A DNA stretch of 63,984 bases, filler included, from Craspedostauros australis (GCA_030167865.1; 7 parts of 7 records of this genome joined end to end with filler, not necessarily neighbours in it), one strand, 5' to 3'; shown: positions 1 to 12,468, counted from the first letter of the whole stretch. The notes: a model not told the origin generated them from the letters alone. Translations and numbers: made by a program.

Positions 1-1325
1 ATCTGTACTACCACCATGGGCAGCCGACTCAAGGAACGAACATGTCGATCACATGCATGATGCGTCCATCATTGCCACTCAGTTTCGCATTTGCGTTAAC
101 ACTGAGTTGATGTCTCTCTGGTGTTGATCGAAAATCACCAGTACATGGTAGTCAAAGGAGACACCGCACTACGCAGGCTGTGCCGGCCGTGGCGGGGTCT
201 GCACATGTTGCAGCCCAGTATTATCGTAGCCTCCTCAGGCTGTTCCTCTATGTTGTTGCTCAGAAAGAGCGACGAGTCAATGATAAACCAAACTCTACTT
301 GCGGGGAAAGGCATGGAATCGAAGGGAAACTGATTGATTATGAGCACAAGGCATGAGCCATTTACCCCTGACGTGGTCTCTACTGTGCTGCGTACGATTC
401 AGCCGCTGATGCCCTGTCTAACGCCCAATTAACCGAAATAACGCTCGCGTCTCCTTGGAGGAACAAAATTCATTCACGACACAATTTGATCACTCTCAAG
501 GTCACAAAGTATGCGTGTCATTGGAATATTCCCACAAGCCCAGTCCAAGCATCCAGAGAGCTTGGCGAGCAAAAGAAGAAACCAACAGACCAACGAGCAA
601 CCCCATGCAGAGTGCGAGTGCCGTATTGCGGATCATGGTTGACACAGAGTTCCATACAGCACAAGAAGTACGTGGCCAGCGATCAATGGCCCATTCGCAC
701 CGTACACCCACATGTCCTCCGTCGTGGTGCTCCCAACTTCGTTCGTGAGGCGGAGGTTCTTGTCGATCGCCTCGGTTGAGCATCGATGCTCTGGAAGTCA
801 CGAGCCAAGACGGCGGCACTCATGCCTCTGTATAGAATGCGCGTGGTGTTGTGTGTTTGTGGTCCGTGTGGCAGGAACAGTGGAGGCGGCACGGTATCGC
901 TCCGCCTGATGGGTGCTGAACGTGCCAAGCCATCCCAATACGCAATGTGGTGTTGGTTTGATGTTGGGGACTCTTGTTGCCCGCGCGGATGGTGATGCTT
1001 GCAATGCGGTGGGATGGCAACCTGCCAAATCCAAATGAGATGGGTCGCAACCAACAGAGGCAGTCACATTGGTGGCTTTATCGGTGGCTTCATGGTTGTT
1101 CGAGGCATTGGCTCACACCTCAAGTTGGTGCTTGCGATGGCAGGCAGACGAGGGTCAACGGTCTTGCAGATGTCACGATGACGCAAGCAAGCGTGGGCCA
1201 TGGTGCACATGGTGGTGGCGGCGGTGGTGGCGACGATGACAGCTCTCTCTGTTTCCGAAGACTTTCACGTTGTTTGCTTCGGATTGGTGTTGCGTTGATT
1301 GTGGCCAAAAGAGAGCTCTGTTGTG

Positions 1326-1398
1326 GTGCTTCTTTCTTGTTGTTGGTCGCACGCATTTTCGTGCTTCTTTCTTGTTGTTGGTCGCACGCATTTTCGTG
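1326..1398. repeat. 35-bp perfect tandem duplication (GTGCTTCTTTCTTGTTGTTGGTCGCACGCATTTTC x2)
   Basis: Two identical adjacent copies at 1326-1360 and 1361-1395, plus 3 nt of a third. Confidence 0.9.
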
Positions 1399-1701
1399 AT
1401 GGATGGGAACAGAAAGATCCAAGCCACACGAACCAGACGCGTTTGATCAAGAGAAGGAGATAAACACAGACAAACAGAAGGAGGAGACCATGCGAACAAG
1501 ACAACAGCATACACATCACTCAACACCATACTTGAGCACATCAACAACAGACATCGAATTGCCACTCATATTCATCACACAGTGCATGATACTCATACTA
1601 ATACTAATACAAATACAAGCTGTTGCATACACAAACATCGATATCTCTTCCATAGGCAGCTCCGACCACAGACATCCTCGACAGCCAATCCAACGTAAAT
1701 C

Positions 1702-1741
1702 GTCCAACGTCCAACGTCCAACGTCCAACGTCCAACGTCCA
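1702..1741. repeat. 7-bp microsatellite (GTCCAAC)n, about 5.5 copies, just upstream of the ankyrin gene ATG
   Basis: gtccaacgtccaacgtccaacgtccaacgtccaacgtcca read directly. Confidence 0.85.
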
Positions 1742-1772
1742 GCAACCATCGACCATCCACCATACTCTCATA

Positions 1773-3491
1773 ATGCCGAATATTACGAACCAACAACTCA
1801 TTAATGCTTCCTTCAGAGGTGACTTGTCAGTGTTGAAGGAGTGGAAGAAGCAGAACAAGACGCAGAATGAAGGAGATGGTGTCAACTTCAAACCCAACGA
1901 TGGTTGCACTCCCCTTGATCATGCATGCTGCAACGGCCACCTGGAGTGTGTCAAGTACCTCATCGAATCATGTGAGGCGAACATCAGCTGCAAAGCCAAC
2001 AATGGCAACACTCCCCTCCATTCGACATGCTACAACGGCCAGCTGGAGTGTGCCAAGTACCTCATCGAATCATGTGAGGCGAACACCAACTGCGAAGACA
2101 ACTATGGCAACATTCCCCTTCATCATGCATGCTACAACGGCCAGCTGGAGTGTGTCAAGTACCTCATCGAATCATGTGAGGCGGACATCAACTGCAAAAA
2201 CAACGATGGTTGGACTCCCCTTCATTGGGCATGCTCCAAAGGCCACCTGGAGTGTGTTGCGTACCTCGTTGCATCAGCCAATGCCAATACCGACATTAAA
2301 AACAAAGACAACAAAACGCCCCTCGATATGATCGATGCAACACTTCAAATCAAGATAAACTGTCTCACACATCTGAGTCGCTGCAACTCACAACTGCAGC
2401 AGCAGTTGAAAGAGAATGAGCAGGAGAGCGAACAACTGAAACAGCAGTTGAAATGGAAGGAGGAAGAGAAGACACAGAAGGAGCAAGAGAATGAACAACT
2501 GAAACAGCAGTTGGAACGAGAGGAGGAAGAGAAGAAACAGAAGGAGGAAGAGAATGAACAGCTGAAACAGCAGAAGGAAGAAATGCAGCACATGCTCTCG
2601 AAAAGTCAACAGGAGAACGAACAACTGAAACAGCAGCTGAAACAACATCTCAAGATCAGCATCGACCAAGATCGTTGCGCCGCTGTTCATGCTGAGGCCA
2701 TCGCAGACATTACCTTCCTGTGTGGACAAGGAGACAACCAACAATCAATCAAAGCCAACTCCGAAGTCCTCATGATCAATGTCCCATCCATTCAGACATT
2801 GATCAGCTCTGGAATCCAACATCAGCACACGAATGATGACACCGAAGACGGCGCGGTCCCCATCCAAACGACCATTCCTCTTCCCAACTTTCAACCAAAA
2901 CACGTCCGATACGTCCTCCAATGCATCTACACCGGTGAGATATCCTTCAACAACAACACCCATGGCTACGCTGGCGATGATGACGCAAACCAGCCAACCC
3001 TCACCCTCACTGGACAGGATGATCTGCAACAGCTGATCCTTGTGGCCAACGAGTTCGGCTTCTGGCGACTCAAGCTTGCTCTTGAAGCAGAGTTGACCCG
3101 CAAGCATCTCACAGAGGACACCATGATAGATGTGTTGATATTCGCCGATCAACACAACTGTGTGGTGTTGAAGGATACCGCAATGAGGATGGCAGCTGAA
3201 AATGAGAACAAATTGTTCAGTCATCCAGATTCCAAGCAGCTATTTCATCACCCTCACCTAATGGGAGTCATTCATGACCTCTGCCATGGTAGAATGGAGA
3301 GTGACGGACTTGATGATGAGTACAGTGGCATGTCCATGATGGAGTTGTACAAGGTCATAGATGAGGACAAGGGTACAGAACAAGTGGATTCATACATGGA
3401 TTGTGCGACATTGGTGGACTTCGTCCGCTCTATGACTACCAAATCATCCAAAATGATTGAGACGGACGGTGCTGCTGCAGAAGAGGAGTGA
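1773..3491 (+). CDS. Ankyrin-repeat / coiled-coil / BTB(POZ)-domain protein, 572 aa
   Basis: Four near-identical ankyrin repeats (G-x-TPLH-x-AC-xx-G-x-LECVKYLIE), a Q/E/K heptad coiled coil, then a BTB-like region (DITFLCG...IKANSEVL...VLQCIYTGEI...LILVANEFGFWRLK) with a BACK-like tail (VLIFADQHNCVVLK). Single exon. Confidence 0.85.
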   Translation: MPNITNQQLINASFRGDLSVLKEWKKQNKTQNEGDGVNFKPNDGCTPLDHACCNGHLECVKYLIESCEANISCKANNGNTPLHSTCYNGQLECAKYLIESCEANTNCEDNYGNIPLHHACYNGQLECVKYLIESCEADINCKNNDGWTPLHWACSKGHLECVAYLVASANANTDIKNKDNKTPLDMIDATLQIKINCLTHLSRCNSQLQQQLKENEQESEQLKQQLKWKEEEKTQKEQENEQLKQQLEREEEEKKQKEEENEQLKQQKEEMQHMLSKSQQENEQLKQQLKQHLKISIDQDRCAAVHAEAIADITFLCGQGDNQQSIKANSEVLMINVPSIQTLISSGIQHQHTNDDTEDGAVPIQTTIPLPNFQPKHVRYVLQCIYTGEISFNNNTHGYAGDDDANQPTLTLTGQDDLQQLILVANEFGFWRLKLALEAELTRKHLTEDTMIDVLIFADQHNCVVLKDTAMRMAAENENKLFSHPDSKQLFHHPHLMGVIHDLCHGRMESDGLDDEYSGMSMMELYKVIDEDKGTEQVDSYMDCATLVDFVRSMTTKSSKMIETDGAAAEEE

Positions 3492-6400
3492 AGTGTCAGA
3501 CCATTTCATACCATGCCATACCGTACCAGAAATCTTCCACAAGTGAACGCATGGCGGAATTGAGTTGATTGATAAAAATAGTCGTCAGAATAGTCATTAG
3601 GATAAAATCTGTGTGAAAGGAGGTGGAGCAATTCGTAATCCATTCATTCAATGGTGCGTTCGGCATGCCTTCACCGTCGCCTTTGGCGATGTGCACAGCA
3701 TGCTGCTCCATGCACTCCTGTATCGTTCGCAGCACGGTCTGGCTGCACCGCGAGATATGCATGATCTTCTGTTCATGAATTGCAGATGCTCCCGGTTGGC
3801 GTACGGCGCGTTGCTGTGCAGCATCATGGGCCAATGTGACATGAAGAGGATGGAGCAGCCACCGCTGTCATCGTTGTGATCGTCGTTGCCGATCATATGG
3901 TTTCCACGTTCGTTGGTTTCGTGGGTGTGGAAGGAGTTGTGTGAGAAACGATGGTGGACCCTGTTGGCGTCATGCATGGCTTGTTGGACTCGAATCCAAC
4001 TTGACGGAGCGGGATGTACTACGGCTGTCAGCTTGTTGTTGGTGGTGGTGCTGCAGTTCGTGCATGATGTCGCGCAGGCCACAAGCGCATGCCAACAGCT
4101 GCATGGTTTTCGATATGGCGGACCAAGATCACGAGCCATGGGAGAAGTTGCCAACGTCATTGCACACGATTTCAGTAATGGTGGATCCAGCGAGACAGTG
4201 CCTCTGTCTCATCGTTTGCGGTTTGTGGTGGCGACGTATCGCTTCGAGCATCGGTATGAACAGGTGTGGCTGGTTGTGGTGCGAGTTGTTGTAACTGAGG
4301 AACATTTCCAAACTGATGGCTCTGCAGGTCTCGGGAAAGTCGCTGCGTTTGATCTCACGGATGCACCCATCCAACATGTGCTGAATCTCCGTTTCCGACA
4401 ACGCATCGTACGTTTCTGTGCGTGCGCGCGGCTGCTGATGACTTGAATCCAGACCGCACCATGGGCCATGACATGTCTTGCCATGGCTGTTGGTTCTGTT
4501 GTTGGCGCTGCCATTGCCCATACCCCAAGATCTTCTCTACTCCAGAGCGGTTGGTTGATATCTTCCTTTCTGATGTCGCTGAGCAATGCGACACGTTTGA
4601 GATCGCTGTTCGTCACCGCTCGCCATTCATCATCAGCATCATCATTGGTATGATCATCAGTATCATCGGCATTAGCATCACCGGCATCATCATTGTCTCT
4701 TGCCATGGTCGCCTTCGTTGATTCTGGTTGGTGTGCCATATTTGCGCAGCCGCTACTTGCTTGATTACTTCATTTCTTCGTTTCTTTGTTGCTTGACGGA
4801 CAACGTCTCAGTGTTGGCTGATATCTCCATCAATGTAAACATAGCAATGCCATTTCATCTCTCTTCCTCTCTCTCTCTTTCTTTTTGTGTTGATGTTGTT
4901 TGATGGATCATGGGTGCAAAATCGAAGATTCATTGGTTTGGGTGTGTCAAGAATTTTTGGCGCGTTTGTTGAGTACTCGTCTGTCTGCCATCCGTAGTTC
5001 AATCAACCGATGACACACACAAACACTCACAACCAACATCATCTCTCTGTTGTCTTCATGCAATGCAACTCTGTTTGACGATGATGATGGCGATGGCAAC
5101 CGCTCCAACGGTGCCGTATCCCTTCACATTGGTACCACCAACGCAAACACCAACACCAACACAAACAATCAGACAAGATGATGAGTCATCGACATCCAAG
5201 AGGATCTGTGGGAAGGCTCGCCAGTTGCTCCGTACCTTGACCCACCCGTCATACGACTATGAGTATTGCTATGGAACCTTCCATGAGCACGATCTTCTCT
5301 GGGAGTTGCCACAGCAAAGCGTCCAGCCTGATAGGTACTCTGTTCGAACCTTCGTGCGGCCATGATGATCGAAGTTGCTGGAAGAGGACGGTGTCAGACC
5401 ACAGGGTCCGTACGCTGCCGTGGGAAGGCACACATGCACACACATCGTCAGCATACCATGCTCGTAATACCGGCAGAACACAACAGTCGCAAACTCGACA
5501 TCGCGCAGTCCAGCGACAGACTTTGAGGATCGCAACATCCTGCGCGTGAGCATCAAGGTTGCGAAGCTGCTGAAGCAAGGGCTGCCGATGACACACGACG
5601 CCGAATTTCGCAGCATCCATTGCGTCGACCAACCGCAACAACGAGTCCGACATGAATGAAGCCGGCACCGACAAAGTCACAGGACTTCCATTCCACTCTT
5701 TTCCACATCAGCTGTGCGCGTAGCTCCTCTGCACATGGACTGATTCAATTTGCGACAAACGAACATGGGTCAAGAACGTGGTAGTTGAGTTTGGAACAGA
5801 GAAGAGTGAAAGAATCCAACGACTGGCAGCAATAGATGCGGCACAGCATGGTGCAGCATGTGAAACAATCTACTCTCTGCTTGCAGAGTAAATGTATTAT
5901 ATTCCTCCGTTCCGAAATGATTGCAACTTATCTTTTTTGCGACATGTGTTGAGACACTAACGACGTCATCAAAAGTGGGGGGAGCGGTAACCAAATTGCC
6001 TGTTTTTAGTGACTCTTCCTTCAAAACTCGCTCGCTCGTTTCTGGTCTCTGTCGGTGCCAAGTACCACGACAGAAGAATACGAGTTAGAACACTAAGTTA
6101 GTACCGTGCCAAATTTCCACTCAAAACGGACTCGACCAACGTTTGTCCGTTACTTGTCGGACTTTCGTGACGTCATCATCATCTCGGCGAAAATCTGTGT
6201 GCATATGTGGCCTTTGATTCTGAGTCTCCTTTGATGAGAAACCTTGGTCACAGCAAGGTCTCTCATGCAAAGGAACAGGTGTATGCAACTCTCTGATGAT
6301 ACAGCCCACTTATGCATATGACCAGAATGAAGAACACACGAACAACACCTGAGCCCATTGACATCGTGGTCATGGTTCCCAAGGAAAGAGATCCTACTTT

Positions 6401-6546
6401 CAGTGAAGTCTGATCTTGCTTCAGCAACTTACTAACCTGTGCTCCTGCATTGCTTGCCAACATTCCAGCCCCACTCATGCAAACATTGCATAGAAGTGGT
6501 CATGGTCATTTTGTTGTCTGAGCAGCTCTGAGCTTGGTGAACAAGA

Positions 6547-6646
6547 NNNNNNNNNNNNNNNNNNNNNNNNNNNNNNNNNNNNNNNNNNNNTTAATTAATT
6601 AANNNNNNNNNNNNNNNNNNNNNNNNNNNNNNNNNNNNNNNNNNNN
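6547..6646. other. Artificial contig-joining spacer (N44-TTAATTAATTAA-N44); identical spacers at 36562-36661, 41261-41360, 58912-59011, 60539-60638 and 62031-62130
   Basis: The same 100-nt pattern with a six-frame-stop core occurs six times. Confidence 0.97.
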
Positions 6647-7293
6647 GCACATCCTGCATGGAAGATGTCAGTTTCATACATATGTAATCTTGGAACACAT
6701 GGCAAAGAGGCAAGTGAGAAGCATCAACTGTGCATGCAGGATGAGCCATGCACTTGTATTCTTGCAGACAGATGCCTTCACATATGTAGTCTCTTTTGGA
6801 GGTAGAGTGCCTGTCCATTTGTTGCTCAATCGTGTGTACTGGTGGTAGTACAGACAATTCGGTCACCGGTCAATGGGGGCATGAAGGGAAAATACCAATT
6901 TTCAGCAATTTTTCAGTGACATCATGGTATATTGCAACTCGAACGCAAAATTGAAATCGCGATGGGCCCTCCCGCCATCACTTGGTGTTTTCCGCCTTCC
7001 TTCCTTCCTTCCTTCTCTCTCCATCGCTACTACCGCTACTGCTGCGAGCTGCAGCGTGGTGATCCTCAAAAGGTCTCGTCTTGAACACGAGAACAGCCAT
7101 GACGAAAGACGCACAACATCATCCTCCCACAACTTTTCAAAGTCGGAACCGACAGCAAAGGTACGCTCCGTGACGATTGCAACTCCGGCCACACCACACT
7201 CGTACTGTACGAGGAGACATCGTAGTGCTCGCAACCAAAGCTGGGAAGTTTCACCAACAACCAACGCCAATCGAGGTGTCCTGAAGTGTGAAG

Positions 7294-10200
7294 ATGGGTA
7301 CGGATATGAACCAAGGCCGTGAGAAGGAGGGCAGCGACGCCCCGTCTGGTGACATGATCACGCCAACCAACTCCGAGGAAGAGGACTCCTCCAGCGACAA
7401 CGAAAGGAACCACGATGCCAAGGCGGCGGCCAGGCAAGCTTCGGTCAACCAAACCCTCGACGGCAAGCGCTCCATCCATGACGAGCTCGTGCATAGCATC
7501 GATGACTCCTCGCAGTACAGCAGCGCAGGCGACTCGCAGCAATACTCGCAACAGTCTTCGCTGATGGGAACCATCAGCGCACGATCATCCGACCTGGGAG
7601 AGCAGGAGATCGTGGCCGCCAAGCTCAGCAAGCAGGTCTTCCGCTTCAAGGTCCTCGTATGGGTCGTCCTGGCCCTTGCCACCATCGGCGTGGCGATCTC
7701 CATCTTCCTCAGCACGCGCGCGGACGAGGAAGCCACATTCGAATCGATCTTCGATGACCACGCATCCAAGGTCATGGACACGTTCGTTCAGAACATGGAT
7801 CGCAAGCTGGGAGTGCTCGACTTCGTGGGAGTTTCGGCCAAGATGGAGAGCACGTACCCCGTGCCTTCCGATTGGCCCAACTTCGTCTTCTCCAACTTCG
7901 AGTACCGCGCAGCGAATGCGCTGGAGTTGACGGACGGTGCGATGATCGCCATCGTTCCGCTCGTGTCCACGCAGGAGGAACGTCATGCGTGGGAGAACTT
8001 CACGGTGGCATCCACGTCGGACTCCGATAGCTGGTTTATGAATGGCAAGCAGTTCCAAGCGACATTGCGGCGAACGGAAGAGGTGCACGCCGAGGGAGCA
8101 CCTACTTTCATGCAAGAACGTGGGGATGATCTTTCGAACGTCGAAGCACTTCATGATGCCGCAGCCGCCACTACCATCACAGCCACCACTACCACAGCTG
8201 CGAGTACCCCCACTACTCATACTCGTACGACGGGGGCGACTCAGAAGCGCCGATCCCTCGAGGAAAACACAGAGCTCGTCAGCGTTTCGGATTTGGGCAT
8301 TCCAACGAGGATTTACACCATCGACAACAGCGACACTAGTGGCAATGGACAAAAACGCATTGTAGATCCGACAACAGATGGTCCGTTCCTCCCGATCTGG
8401 CAACACTACCCGCTGTCCTCATCTCTCATCAACTACAACATGTACTCAGACGACGAATTTAGGGACGAGTGCGATGCCATCCTGAAGAATCAAGACAAGG
8501 CCGTGCTGGGACGGATCTGGTCTTTGACGGACGATGGCAGCGACGGCGCAACCGAAGACAACGTTTTCTACGACACGCTCCTGCGCTGGGTCCAGCAACC
8601 TCAGTTGCGTCAGAACGGTGACGATCGAACGGCCGAAGAAACGCTGTCCATGACGCCGTTCAGCAAAGTGTTCTACCCCATCTACGACTCCAAGGCCGAC
8701 TTCGTGGCCATCCTCACATCCATCATCGATTGGTCGACCTACTTCGACTACGTGTTACCACCCGACTCGACAGGCATCCACGTCGTCCTGGAAAACACAT
8801 GCGGCAACGTCCACACCTTCCAAATCAACGGCGAATTTGCAACTCCGATGGGCCCTGAGGATCTGCACGACGGCAAGTACAATCGACTGGTGCGAAGAAA
8901 TTCGCTGGAAGATCTGATGAAGAAATCACGCGAGCCATCGACCAAAGCGAGGCATGTGCCATTGGACTTCTCCTTCTGCCCATACACGATCTCGGTCTAC
9001 CCCTCGGATGAGTTCCATGATGATTTCGTGACGAACAACGCCACGTTCTACACTGTGGGCGTCGTTGCCGTCTTCGTATTCACCCTCATCATCTTCTCCT
9101 TCTACGACTCCTACGTGAAGAATCGCCAGAAGCTCGTCCTGAAGCGTGCCATCCAATCCCGCGCCATCGTATCATCCCTCTTCCCAGCTGCCGTCCAGGA
9201 ACGCTTGTTCAGGTCCACCATGGTAAACGAAGACAAACGCAAGGGCAACCTTGCCAACCACCATGCAGCAAACGGCGGCGACGAGGTGGACGAAGACAGC
9301 GAAGATCGAAGCCTCCGGCCGACTATCTTCCAATGGATGCCATTCAAGAAGAATCGTAGGAAGACATCCAAGACCGGCAATTCGTCGCGTCGTCATTCGG
9401 CAGCGACTATGGCCGGCAACAGCGGAGGTGCCAGTTCGAGCGGCAACGCGGTCAACAAACGGAAGCTCCGATTGACAGATGTGTTGCTCAATTCCGAGAG
9501 CATGGATTTCGCAAACGATGGAAAGACACCAATTCACGAAATGAAGCCAATCGCGGACCTTTTTCCGCACACGACCGTCTTGTTTGCAGACATCGCTGGA
9601 TTCACAGCATGGAGTTCCAAGCGAAAGCCTGAGCATGTAAGTTTGAGGCTATCACAGTAGCGAAGAGTGCGCATTTCAGGTGGACGAAATGCTCCTCCAC
9701 GCTTTCAAGGAATCTATCCATCCATCTCACACTCACACTCACAACTCGTCTCCCTATTTCTCCATGGCACCAAACTTCATCTTCCTTCTTCCCTCCCTCA
9801 CGATCGCAATGAACAGGTATTCACGTTGCTCCAAACGGTTTATCATGCATTTGACAGGATCGTAAGTTGACCATGTGTCATGTGCCATTCATCCTCTGCT
9901 TGCCACAAATACGTCCACAACGCAGTCTAGCGACGCTCTGCACATGATGGCTGTTGCAGCACAACACAATGCAACATCAGCTATGAAGCATCAGTATCTT
10001 CGATAAAACGACATTTGTCATTGAGGAATACGAGAAATCTCACTCACCGCTTTCCTTCTTCAATCATGTTGCTTCCCCACCAACAAACTGATCAACAATA
10101 TCCTTTTTTGTATGTCATGTCCATTCAGGCCAAACGTCGAAGCGTGTTCAAGGTTGAGGTAAGTAACCCCGCAGTACTTTGGCAAAACCTGTCTGTTGTG

Positions 10201-12468
10201 ACTGAAATGCCTGTGCTTGGACGTCAATGCTGTGATGGCCCAAGGCAAGGCCTTGACATTCATGTACTCTGTTGATTTGCTCGCCCTCACGGATTTGCCC
10301 AACCTCCCACATGTTCCACCATACGTACCCATCCGCGTATTCGCCACTTGTTCCCACGCCTCCGCGCATCCGCACACCCATGCATCCACACAGACAATTG
10401 GCGACTGCTATGTTGCAGTTACTGGACTTCCCGGTACGTAGGATGCATGTCGAGCAACCAGCACTTTCAAGCATCGCCAAGTTGGAGTGATCAATCCCCG
10501 TCCGTAGATGGTACCATATGCACCCGCAGTCGCAAATATGGCTTGATGCAGGCAGATACTCACACTCATCCACGCTCCCTATTCCTTGTTACGCTTTCTG
10601 CTTCTATCATACATATTGACGCCACGCACACATGCATGCCTATCAATCCACCGATACTGATCTGAAACATGGACTGCTCCCGCTCCAATTTTTTCCACAC
10701 CTTACTCGTCGCATCCTGTCGCCACATTCTTTTGTTGCTTGCAGATCCGCAACAAGACCACGCTGTGCGCATGGTCAAATTCGCCAACGAATGTCGCAAG
10801 AAGATGACGGAGCTTGTGGAGAAGCTCAAGATCGGGCTTGGGGAAGACACTGTACAACTCTCCATGCGCTTTGGCCTCCATTCCGGGCCAGTCACCGCCG
10901 GGGTGCTCCGTGGTGAACGTTCGCGATTCCAGCTGTTTGGCAACACTGTCAACATCGCCGCGCGCATGGAGAATACGGGACAGAGCAACAAGATGCATGC
11001 CACGCAGGAAACAGCAGACCTAATCGCCGAAGCAGGCAACGTCCATTGGGTGGAGCAGCGTGTTGTGGATGTCGTGGACCGTGGTGGTTTCCAAACTTAC
11101 TTCATTGAGCCAAACAACGAAGGTGGCACAACGAAACCCAAGCCAAGGGGTGGCAACGGCAACACTGGCAACAAGGCTACAGCAGGATCGTCCCCACCCG
11201 ATTCGGCACCGTCAAAGGTACACCGTGATCCTCAGCAAGGAAGCAGCGAAAAAGTTCGAGCAAAGTCCGGCGCCTCGCCTTCCTCCCATCAACGGGAGCC
11301 CCGCCACATCAACCGGGTGAACCGTCGCATCAATCTTGACGACAAGGAGAAGCACCTCGTGGAATGGAACCTGGACCTGTTCAAGAAGATGCTGCAGCAG
11401 ATCATCGCGCACAGACAAGCCCGCGGTATTGAACCTGCCAAGCCAAGCCACAACATCGCTGCCTCCCTTATGAAAGGCTCCGCTGGCCGCTCTGTGGTGT
11501 CCAGCGTTATCGAATTTCCGCTGTACAACAAGGAAGAATCGAAGGCCAAGGTGGACCCCAAAAGCATCGAGCTGAGCGAGACTGTGCAGAATCAGCTACG
11601 GGACTTCATCTCCTTCGTGGCCTCCATGCACCGCGACAACTCTTTCCACAACTTCACCCGATCCAGCAACGTGTGCGTTGCCGTCAACAAGCATCTGCAG
11701 CGCATCGTCGATGAGACTGTCGTGAAGCAGCTCAGCGAGCCCCTCTCCAAGTTCGCCATCCTGTTCGCAGCACTCGCCCATGGCATCGACCACTCGGGTG
11801 TGCCCAACGAGCAGCTCGTCAAGGAGAAGGCGCGCATCGCTTTGCTGTATGACAATAAGAGTGTGTCGCAGCAGAATGCGACTGACCTGGCCTTCAGCGC
11901 GCTGATGAGCTCAGACTACGCCGAACTACAGTGCGCCATCTTCACGAACCCTTCCGACGTGGCCCGATTCCGCAAGATTGTCGTCAACTGCATGATTGCC
12001 ACCGACCTGTACGATCGTGAGCTGGTCGTGGACCGCAACAAGCGCTGGCTGTACGCCTTCTTGGAACAGGGATCTCCATACTCCGGCGTCGACAAGCAGA
12101 ACCTGCTCGCCACCGTCGTCATGGAGGCCGTCGTGCAGGCATCACACTATGCCCATGCATTGCAGTACTTCCTCAGCTACAAGCTGTGGAATGAACGTTA
12201 CTTCCGTGAGATGTACAACGCGTTCAAGCATGCTCGCATGGAGGAGGACCCCTCCACCGATTGGCATGCCAAGGAGCTGCTCTTCTTGGATGAAATCATC
12301 ATCCCGCTCGCACGCAAGCTCAAGGAGAGCAAGGTGCTCGGAACTGCAGGGGACGACGCCTTGACGTACGCGCTGACCAACCGCAAGGAATGGGCCGCCA
12401 AGGGAAATGGCATCGCGGAGGAATTCGTCGAGCGCTTCAAGGATACAAGAAGAAATAGATCAGATTAG
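7294..12468 (+). CDS. Receptor-type guanylate/adenylate cyclase-phosphodiesterase fusion (GC/PDE copy 1), 5 exons, about 1393 aa; PDE domain degenerate
   Basis: Exons 7294-9636, 9817-9861, 10129-10158, 10394-10433 and 10745-12468, all GT-AG with frame preserved. Two TM helices flank a CHASE-like ectodomain. Class III cyclase motifs TVLFADIAGFT, FKVE|TIGDCYVAV, RFGLHSGPV and LFGNTVNIAARME; C-terminal PDEase_I-like region. Confidence 0.9.

Noticed and set aside
121..1420. Minus-strand gene upstream of the ankyrin gene
   Set aside because: Only short ORFs in several frames with no recognisable domain; possibly a pseudogene but not supportable.
3496..4740. Minus-strand gene convergent with the ankyrin-BTB gene
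   Set aside because: Protein-like fragments in different frames, but I could not build a consistent splice model or assign a family.
5063..5720. Remnant of an ankyrin-like gene (DKVTGLPF motif)
   Set aside because: Multiple stops and frame changes; one weak motif is insufficient.
6591..6602. TTAATTAATTAA repeated six times as a biological motif
   Set aside because: Always centred in N runs; it is a synthetic six-frame-stop contig linker.
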